47,947 bases of DNA, taken from an uncultured Bacilli bacterium (GTDB lineage Bacteria > Bacillota_I > Bacilli_A > RF39 > UBA660). Every line of letters begins with the position of its first letter. The stretch's first letter is position 1. The stretch is from the NCBI GenBank assembly GCA_934090595.1, contig CAKOJO010000002.1, positions 1 through 47,947 of the forward strand. Direction: 5' to 3'. Positions 38,082 through 45,095 of this stretch are shown one piece after another. Below the pieces are notes generated by a model that saw nothing but the letters and a program-made list of their open reading frames with translations, searched no databases and had not been told where the DNA came from. A program made the translations under genes and the position numbers.

Positions 38082-38172
38082 GGAGTGGTACTCAAGAGGC
38101 TGAAGAGGCGCCCCTGCTAAGGGTGTAGATCGGGTAACTGGTGCGAGGGTTCAAATCCCTCCCGCTCCGCCA
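38082..38172 (+). tRNA. tRNA-Ser (anticodon GCT)
   Basis: Acceptor GGAGTGG/CCGCTCC, anticodon loop CTGCTAA, long variable arm, T-arm GAGGGTTCAAATCCCTC, discriminator G, encoded CCA. Confidence 0.93.
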
Positions 38173-38183
38173 TAAAAAAAATT

Positions 38184-38206
38184 AACTCTTATTAAAGAGT
38201 TTTTTT
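38184..38206 (+). terminator. intrinsic terminator after tRNA-Ser
   Basis: AACTCTT-ATTA-AAGAGTT followed by TTTTT. Flanked by an A-run, so potentially bidirectional. Confidence 0.65.
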
Positions 38207-38302
38207 GTGGTCTTTTTTACGTTTTTGTATTTGTTCTATAATCCATTTTATAAATAAATCTATACCAAAAATAGTTGTCTCAAAATTATTTGTCTTCTTC
38301 AA
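38192..38302 (-). CDS. possible 36-aa small protein (TTG start)
   Basis: RBS AAGGTGA 5 nt before TTG. Peptide (L/M)KKTNNFETTIFGIDLFIKWIIEQIQKRKKDHKKTL has an amphipathic core and a basic tail. Not in the ORF track because it is short. Confidence 0.25.
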   Translation of the reverse strand: MKKTNNFETTIFGIDLFIKWIIEQIQKRKKDHKKTL

Positions 38303-38412
38303 TATATCACCTTAGTTAACTATTATATAACTTTTTAGAAAAATATACCAGAAATTTCTAATATATTTTAAAATATAATAAAACATTAAAATATAATTAG
38401 GTAGGTGGTAGT

Positions 38413-38604
38413 GTGAATTTTACATTAAAAAAGACAAAAGGAAAAGAAGTAGCAATATACAAATCCTTATATATAAAAGAAAACTTAGCACAAAAGATTG
38501 AAGAAATAGCAAAAGAAAATGACACATCATTCAACAATGTCATAATAAGTATGATTGAACATTGTTTAAATGAAGAAAAAGAAGAAGAAAAAGTAAATAA
38601 CTAA
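38413..38604 (+). CDS. small ribbon-helix-helix-like DNA-binding protein
   Basis: 63 aa. SLYIKENLAQKIEEIAKENDTSFNNVIISMIEHCL has a beta-strand-plus-two-helix pattern like CopG/Arc. GTG start after AGGTGG. Confidence 0.55.
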   Translation: MNFTLKKTKGKEVAIYKSLYIKENLAQKIEEIAKENDTSFNNVIISMIEHCLNEEKEEEKVNN

Positions 38605-38627
38605 ATATAGTCAAAAGATTATATTTT

Positions 38628-39569
38628 TTATTTTACTATAAAAGTAGTATCATCAATAAAAGTATAATCTGTTAAATACTTAAGTTGCCTAATAAGTCTA
38701 AACATAGCCTCATCCTTCATCTTGGCCTCAATCATAATATCAATCCTGTCTGTATAAGGTTTAATAAGCTCCACAAATGAAATAAATTCATTAACATTAA
38801 CAAAATCAGCATGACTTCTCATCTCCTTTTTTAACTTGCTTTTTGAAGAAGAAAAATGTACCTTCGGAGTCATATCGCCCCAAGTATCAAAAATATTCTT
38901 TAAGTAGCAAGTAATATCTTTTTCACACGGATTACAAATATGATGAAGATAATCAAGAACAAATGGTCTTTTAATAACCCTACAAAGATATAAAACATCG
39001 GAAGCATTAAAAACCTTATCATCATTCTCAACTAAAATACTATTCTTAATATCAGAATCAAGTAAATTAAAATTATTAATAAACCTAGTAAGAGAATTCT
39101 TCTTACCAAAAGCACTACTACCAACATGAAGTATAACAAAAGGATCAATATTCATACTCTTAAGAATATCAACATGATATCTAAGTATTTTAAAAGTATC
39201 ATTAACCACCTTTTGATTAGTACTATTAAGAACAGTATACTCACTCGGGTGTGCATCAACTCTCATCTTATGTAGATTTATAAGATTCCCAATTTCCTTA
39301 TAATAATCACTATACTTATCAATATAATCAAAACTAACATCATCCAAAGTAGCAAGAGGCACTAAATCAGAAGTAATTCTATAAAAATGAATATTATTTC
39401 TAATATTAAAACATATTATTTTATTAAGTGTTTCTAAGTTATTAACAATAACAGAATCTATTCTTTTAATATCAGCATTCTTCATATAATTAGTATAATT
39501 AATAGTTTTAAAACTAGTATCATCATATATAGATTTAGCAATAGAAACATAACCTAATCTTACTATCAT
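38628..39569 (-). CDS. uvsE: UV damage endonuclease
   Basis: The N-terminal MIVRLGYVSIA and TIM-barrel UVDE motifs (FYRITS, HPSEY, ILHVGS) fit the UvdE family. ATG 39569 follows GGGTGA; the ORF extends to 39581. Confidence 0.85.
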   Translation of the reverse strand: MIVRLGYVSIAKSIYDDTSFKTINYTNYMKNADIKRIDSVIVNNLETLNKIICFNIRNNIHFYRITSDLVPLATLDDVSFDYIDKYSDYYKEIGNLINLHKMRVDAHPSEYTVLNSTNQKVVNDTFKILRYHVDILKSMNIDPFVILHVGSSAFGKKNSLTRFINNFNLLDSDIKNSILVENDDKVFNASDVLYLCRVIKRPFVLDYLHHICNPCEKDITCYLKNIFDTWGDMTPKVHFSSSKSKLKKEMRSHADFVNVNEFISFVELIKPYTDRIDIMIEAKMKDEAMFRLIRQLKYLTDYTFIDDTTFIVK

Positions 39570-39672
39570 AAAATCACCCATAATTAGTATGAATAATTTA
39601 CAAAAAATAATGACTTTTATTAATCATTATGATATAATTTCTTTGATAAAACGAACAAGGCAGGTGAATAAA

Positions 39673-40785
39673 ATGAAAGTATGTAAAAAATGTAAAAAAC
39701 AAGTACCAAATAAACTAAAAATATGTAGATATTGTGGAGCAGATGTATCAAAAGCAAAGATAATACCTTCGAATAAAAAAAGTACTAAAACAAATAATAA
39801 AGTACAAAAAAATATAAAAGAACAATTACCAAAAGATATAATTGATATAAAAGAAGTACCTGAACAAGAAGTAGAAATAAAAGTACAAAAAGAAATAACT
39901 GAAAAACCACAAATAATTAAAAACTCTAAATTACAAAGTAAACCAAAAAAAATTAAAACTCAAAAAAAGAAAATACAAAAAATAAAATTACCAAAGAAGA
40001 CTACAAAAAAAATAAATAATAAGTTTGAAAAAATAAAAAAAATCTTATTAAAACTAAAAACTAAAAAAAACCTTAAGAGAATCATAGTAAGTATAATTGT
40101 ACTAACATTGGTGATAACAATAACCCTATCAGGAATAAAACTATACCATAAATTATTCGATATTGGTGAAGAAGTAAAACCAAATGAAACTACTACCAGA
40201 GTGTTTGATATAAATGAAACAATAAGATACAAAGATGTAAACTATAAAGTTAAAAAAGTAGAACTAAACGAAACAGGAACAGAGTATAAAAAGCCTAAAG
40301 ATGGTAATCAATTCATTATAGTAACAATACAATATGAAAATAAATCTGATGAACCAGTAAGTTATAGTTCTAAAAACTGGAAACTTGAAAATAAAGATAA
40401 AGAAGAAACTCAAAGAATCTTTACCGCTCTTGATGTTAATACAGCTCTTTACAGTGGTAAACTAGTAATCGGAGCAACTAAAGTTGGTACTTTAGTATTT
40501 GAACAATCTAAAAAATATGACTCTTTCAAATTGAACTTTTATGAGTTAAAAGAAGAAAAGAAAGAAGATAAAAAAGAAACTAAAGAAAATGTCAAAGAAG
40601 ATAAGAAAGCTGTTAAAGAAGATGAGAAAAATGCTGAAGAAGAAAAAGAAAAACCAATATTTTCAATCAATATAAAAATTGAAAATAAAGATAAAGAAAA
40701 AGAAAAAAATAAAGAAGAATCAAAAAATAAAACAACACAAACAACTAAAAAAGAAACTAAAGATAAAGAACTTAGCAAAAAATAA
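39673..40785 (+). CDS. zinc-ribbon / single-TM / DUF4352-like protein with K/E-rich tails
   Basis: CKKCKK...CRYCG zinc ribbon, TM IIVSIIVLTLVITITL, DUF4352-like beta domain (GNQFIIVTIQYENKSDEPVSYS), low-complexity KE-rich C-terminus. ATG 39673 follows AGGTGA. Confidence 0.75.
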   Translation: MKVCKKCKKQVPNKLKICRYCGADVSKAKIIPSNKKSTKTNNKVQKNIKEQLPKDIIDIKEVPEQEVEIKVQKEITEKPQIIKNSKLQSKPKKIKTQKKKIQKIKLPKKTTKKINNKFEKIKKILLKLKTKKNLKRIIVSIIVLTLVITITLSGIKLYHKLFDIGEEVKPNETTTRVFDINETIRYKDVNYKVKKVELNETGTEYKKPKDGNQFIIVTIQYENKSDEPVSYSSKNWKLENKDKEETQRIFTALDVNTALYSGKLVIGATKVGTLVFEQSKKYDSFKLNFYELKEEKKEDKKETKENVKEDKKAVKEDEKNAEEEKEKPIFSINIKIENKDKEKEKNKEESKNKTTQTTKKETKDKELSKK

Positions 40786-40797
40786 GTTCTTTTGTTT
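40766..40797 (+). terminator. intrinsic terminator
   Basis: AAGAACTT / AAGTTCTT stem followed by a T-rich tract. Confidence 0.55.
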
Positions 40798-40844
40798 ATA
40801 ATAAAATCATTCTCTTACATATATTACACTAGGAGGATGATATT

Positions 40845-41723
40845 ATGTACGTAAAATATCCTGTAAATGCAGTAGGAATAACATCAGACTTTGGATTAAG
40901 AACTCATCCCATAACTAAAGTAAGTAGATATCACTATGGATTAGATTTAGGATGGATAAAAAAGCCAGGGGAACCAGTATATGCAACATATGATGCAACT
41001 GTAATTGAAGAAGGTTACACTTCATCAATGGGAAATTATATAGTTTTAAAATATGTAAAAGGAGAAAATACAATCATAAATATATACATGCATTTAAAAC
41101 AAAGATCATTAATAAAAAAAGGTAAAAAAGTAAAGCAAGGAGAAAAACTAGGATATATGGGAGAAACAGGACTAGCACAAGGAGTACATCTTCATTTTGA
41201 ATATTGGGTATGTCCTAAAAATTATAAATATAAATCATCAGATGCTTCCAAATATGCAAAAGATCCATTAAACTATTTATATTTATTTGATGACCAAACG
41301 GTTACTAAAAACTCCAGTTCAAGAGTTAAAAAAGTAGTGGGCACACCAACTACTAGAAATAAAGATAAAAACCAAGTTCAAGTCTTACAAGAATATCTAA
41401 ATTGTAGAGATAATTCTTCATTATCAGGAAAAGTATTAGGCTTTGCTAATCTTGGATACTACAATGTTCTAGATAAAAAAGAATCAAATGGTTATACTTG
41501 GTATAGAATAGACTACAATAAATGGATAGCAAATGTAAAAGACTATGTCAAAGTATTAAACAAAGAAGAACAACCAGTAACTCCAACTCCAACACCAGAA
41601 CCAACCGATCCTAAAACACTCGAAGACTATAATAGTTTTACAGCATCAAAAGATGGTTACTACTGTATATATTTAAAACAAAATGAAAAAATATATTACC
41701 CAAAACAAAAAGATTCAAACTAA
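40845..41723 (+). CDS. M23-family metallopeptidase with C-terminal SH3b-like domain
   Basis: HYGLDLG and GVHLHFE zinc-ligand motifs. C-terminal GYTWYRIDYNKWIA. PT-rich linker. Confidence 0.88.
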   Translation: MYVKYPVNAVGITSDFGLRTHPITKVSRYHYGLDLGWIKKPGEPVYATYDATVIEEGYTSSMGNYIVLKYVKGENTIINIYMHLKQRSLIKKGKKVKQGEKLGYMGETGLAQGVHLHFEYWVCPKNYKYKSSDASKYAKDPLNYLYLFDDQTVTKNSSSRVKKVVGTPTTRNKDKNQVQVLQEYLNCRDNSSLSGKVLGFANLGYYNVLDKKESNGYTWYRIDYNKWIANVKDYVKVLNKEEQPVTPTPTPEPTDPKTLEDYNSFTASKDGYYCIYLKQNEKIYYPKQKDSN

Positions 41724-41740
41724 ATGAATCTTTTTATTTA
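41709..41740. terminator. bidirectional intrinsic terminator between convergent genes
   Basis: AAAGATTCA / TGAATCTTT stem flanked by an A-run and a T-run. Confidence 0.65.
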
Positions 41741-42603
41741 TAAGTTTCTTTCTTAATTAAATCTAAATTATAATGCATCAAAGATAAGTAATCATCATTA
41801 TTAGAAATATCTTCTTCTTTAATATTATCAAGAGACCTAATAGTAAGTTTTTCTACACCATACTTCTTTATAAAGTTTTCTATATCATCACTAATTTTTT
41901 CATTTTCAATAACAAACACATAACTAATCTTTTTATTATTATACAAAGCACTAGCAACATCAATATTACTTTGTTTAGTCTTACCATTTTCAGTTAAGTT
42001 AATAACTTTGAAACCATACTTATTTAAATAATTTAAACTCTCATCATAAACAACAATCGTAGGTAAATTAGAACTTTCAGCAGCTTTCTTTATTTCAGAC
42101 TCAAGTTCAGTAATATCTACTTTAAGTAAATCATACTTATTATTTATGCTATCAATTACAACACTAGAATTAATATATTCACTAAGTTCATTTCTTATAT
42201 TTTGAGCAACCATAAGTATATTCGAAGGATTTAACCAAACATCACTATCCTTATAAGTAGAATCAATACCATAAGAAGCATCAATTATTTTTAAGTTTCT
42301 ATTAAAACCTAACATATCTTTAGCATATTCCTTTTCTGAAGTATTACCATTATATATAAATAAATCTTTTTCACTATAATCACGCAACATCTTATTAGTT
42401 AATTTATACTCATTAACAATAGTGCCTTTAGGATAAATACTAGTTATATTAGAATCATCACCATATAATCTATTAGTAATATAATCAATTGGATATATAG
42501 TAGTAACTATATCAATACCTTGCATTACATCACTTTTAATACATCCACTACAACTAAATAAAATAACAAAAATAAATAATAAATAAATAATTTTCTTTTT
42601 CAT
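41734..42603 (-). CDS. metal ABC-transporter substrate-binding lipoprotein (ZnuA/TroA family), orphan
   Basis: Lipobox FSCSGC. IVTTIYPIDYITNRL and DVWLNP are motifs of cluster A-I SBPs. No cognate permease or ATPase genes nearby. Confidence 0.78.
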   Translation of the reverse strand: MKKKIIYLLFIFVILFSCSGCIKSDVMQGIDIVTTIYPIDYITNRLYGDDSNITSIYPKGTIVNEYKLTNKMLRDYSEKDLFIYNGNTSEKEYAKDMLGFNRNLKIIDASYGIDSTYKDSDVWLNPSNILMVAQNIRNELSEYINSSVVIDSINNKYDLLKVDITELESEIKKAAESSNLPTIVVYDESLNYLNKYGFKVINLTENGKTKQSNIDVASALYNNKKISYVFVIENEKISDDIENFIKKYGVEKLTIRSLDNIKEEDISNNDDYLSLMHYNLDLIKKETYK

Positions 42604-42605
42604 AA

Positions 42606-42845
42606 TTACTCCTTTTTACCCTTAGGAACAGGATCATAACCACTAGTTCCAAAAGGATTACACCTTAATATTCTTTTAATAGTTAAATAACTTCCATAAA
42701 TAGCACCATGTATCTTAATTGCCTCAATTCCATAATTTGAACAACTAGGAACATGACGACACATATCATGCCATGGACCTGGTATCATTTGATATACTTT
42801 TATAATCCCAATTAAAATCTCTCTCAAAAGTACCACCATTATCAT
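42606..42845 (-). CDS. yidD: membrane protein insertion efficiency factor YidD
   Basis: IKVYQ...[19 protein letters not shown]...RILRCNPF...GYDPVP. The start is uncertain (ATG 42845 or TTG 42872). Confidence 0.85.
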   Translation of the reverse strand: MIMVVLLREILIGIIKVYQMIPGPWHDMCRHVPSCSNYGIEAIKIHGAIYGSYLTIKRILRCNPFGTSGYDPVPKGKKE

Positions 42846-42930
42846 TTTACTATTAAAAGAAGAAAATATCAATCAAAGAGTATTATTTTTAATAAAAATA
42901 TGATATATTTATACAAAGAAGGTGACAAAC

Positions 42931-43599
42931 ATGGAAGAACTTTTTAAAAAAATAAATATAACTCCAAAAAATAAAGATTTATATATACAAGCATTTACTC
43001 ATACATCATATGCATATGAAAATAATCTAAAAGAATCATATGAAACATTAGAATTTTTAGGAGATGCAATAGTAGACTTAGTAGTATCAGACTACCTTTA
43101 TAGAAGCAATAAATATACCGAAGGAGAAATGACAAAAATAAGAGCCTCATACGTATGTGAAAATGCTCTTTATGAATATGCTAATGACTTACACTTTAGT
43201 GATTACATAAGAGTAGGCATTGGAGAAAGTCATACTGGTGGTACACATAAAAAAGCAATTATGGCAGATACATTTGAATCTCTTATGGGTGCAATATACT
43301 TAGATTTAGGATTTGAAAAAGTAAAAGAAGTAGCATTAAGTATAATCATACCTTATATTGAAGATGAAAACGTAAGATTCTTTAAAGATTATAAATCAGC
43401 ATTACAAGAAGCAGTACAAACTACTAAGACACCAGTAGACTATGAACTTTTAGAGGCAACTGGACCATCACATGATAAAAGATTTAAAGTAGCAGTAAAA
43501 ATAGATGGAATAACATATGGAACAGGAACTGGTAAATCAAAAAAACAAGCAGAACAAGAAGCTGCTAAAAAAACAATGGGTATGCTAGCGGACAAATAA
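42931..43599 (+). CDS. rnc: ribonuclease III
   Basis: RNase III signature ETLEFLGDAIVDL, DTFESLMGAIYLD, C-terminal dsRBD (GKSKKQAEQEAA). ATG 42931 follows AAGGTGA. Confidence 0.95.
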   Translation: MEELFKKINITPKNKDLYIQAFTHTSYAYENNLKESYETLEFLGDAIVDLVVSDYLYRSNKYTEGEMTKIRASYVCENALYEYANDLHFSDYIRVGIGESHTGGTHKKAIMADTFESLMGAIYLDLGFEKVKEVALSIIIPYIEDENVRFFKDYKSALQEAVQTTKTPVDYELLEATGPSHDKRFKVAVKIDGITYGTGTGKSKKQAEQEAAKKTMGMLADK

Positions 43600-43658
43600 A
43601 GGGAAGACTAATCTCTTTTTTTCTTATATAAAAAAGTATTTCAATAACTAAAATACTT

Positions 43659-44852
43659 TTAATCTTCCAATAACCATTCAATAATATTTTTATGAATAAT
43701 TCCATTTTGAGAGAAATCTAACTCATCAATTGAAATTACATACTTAGGATAATTGTCATCAATTCCATTAAATGCTCCGAACTCTCTTTCTTGATTCTCA
43801 TCATTTAAAGAATAACAAACTTGAAAATACTCTTTTTTTCCATATCTTGTAGCAACAAAATCTATTTCTTTTCCGTCATTATTACCAATGCTTACATTAT
43901 AACCTCTATAAATTAATTCATTATAAACTATATTCTCTAAATAAGCACCATATTGAGATTTTTTATTAGTATTAAGTATTTGTCCTAACCCCAAATCAGT
44001 TAAATAATACTTATCTTTTCTAGATAATATTCTTTTACCTCTTATATCGTACTCAGAAACTTTAGACATCAACATAGATGCTTCAGCATAATCTAAACAA
44101 TCATACACAGTTTTAGTAGAAATAGGTATTTCCTCTTTTTCAAACTCATTTAACATGTTTTTAGTAGAAAACACTTGAGAAGGATTAGTAACTAAGTATT
44201 CCATAATTCTCTCAAAGATAGTTACATTTTTAATATTATATCTTTTTACAATATCCTTAAGAACAATAGAATTAAAAATATCATATAAGAATACTTTCAT
44301 TGATTCTTCATCATTAAAATCAAATCTCTGAGGCATTCCTCCCCATAATATATAATTAAAAAACTCATTTTTTATATCCTCTTTAGATTTTAACTTTTTA
44401 AGTTCCACCACTTCTTTAAAAGTAAATGGTGCCATTTTAAATGCAACATATCTACCAGTCAATAAAGTAGCCAGTTCTCCAGACAATAACTTAGAATTAG
44501 AACCAGTTATAAATATAGAAACATTTAAAGTTGCTTTATATGATGCTATAAGTTTTTCCCAATCCTTAACAACTTGTATTTCATCAAAAAATAAATAATA
44601 CTTATCCTCATCAGTAAACTTAGGCTCAATATATTCATTCAACTTCATATAATCTGTAATATTTGCAAACTTAATATTTTCAAAATTAATATAAATAATA
44701 TGTTCATTATCAATACCTTGTTCTTTTAATTCATCAATAATTTGTTTTAATAAAACAGACTTACCACAACGTCTAATTCCTGTAATTACTTTGATTAAAT
44801 CTTTATCATAAAAGTTTCTCATTTGAGATAAGTATTTTTCTCTTTTTATCAT
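43659..44852 (-). CDS. AAA_14/DUF4143-type ATPase, function uncharacterised (paralogue of 30861-32177)
   Basis: Walker A GIRRCGKS, Walker B YLFFDEIQ, C-terminal EIDFVAT...YFQVC DUF4143-like region. ATG 44852 follows GAGGTGA; the ORF extends to 44891. Confidence 0.85.
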   Translation of the reverse strand: MIKREKYLSQMRNFYDKDLIKVITGIRRCGKSVLLKQIIDELKEQGIDNEHIIYINFENIKFANITDYMKLNEYIEPKFTDEDKYYLFFDEIQVVKDWEKLIASYKATLNVSIFITGSNSKLLSGELATLLTGRYVAFKMAPFTFKEVVELKKLKSKEDIKNEFFNYILWGGMPQRFDFNDEESMKVFLYDIFNSIVLKDIVKRYNIKNVTIFERIMEYLVTNPSQVFSTKNMLNEFEKEEIPISTKTVYDCLDYAEASMLMSKVSEYDIRGKRILSRKDKYYLTDLGLGQILNTNKKSQYGAYLENIVYNELIYRGYNVSIGNNDGKEIDFVATRYGKKEYFQVCYSLNDENQEREFGAFNGIDDNYPKYVISIDELDFSQNGIIHKNIIEWLLED

Positions 44853-44897
44853 ACTGTTCACCTCATAAACATTATACCAAATTATCAACATAATGTC

Positions 44898-44967
44898 AAT
44901 TATCTTTTCCTACAGGAAAAGATGACACTAAAAAACGACACATATTTTCCTGTAGGAAAAGATAATT
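44898..44967. repeat. perfect 23-bp inverted repeat with a 24-nt spacer
   Basis: AATTATCTTTTCCTACAGGAAAA (44898-44920) and TTTTCCTGTAGGAAAAGATAATT (44945-44967). Each arm also contains the palindrome TTTTCCT-NN-AGGAAAA. Confidence 0.9.
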
Positions 44968-45095
44968 AATATTAATAGATAAAATCTATTAACCTAATTT
45001 TAAAAAATAACCATTAAAATATTGAAACAAATATAAAAATATTATATAATTAACTTAACATAGAAGATATGTATTTTAAGTATGGTGATTAAAAT

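Noticed and set aside
38082-39581. Prophage or integrative element at tRNA-Ser (and at tRNA-His).
   Set aside because: No integrase, recombinase, phage structural genes or direct repeat of the tRNA 3' end is visible. The downstream genes (uvsE, M23 peptidase and others) look chromosomal.
40539-40785. K/E-rich repetitive 3' region of the zinc-ribbon/DUF4352 gene as a possible DNA repeat element.
   Set aside because: It is in-frame low-complexity coding sequence (KEEKKEDKKETKE…), not a discrete nucleotide repeat.
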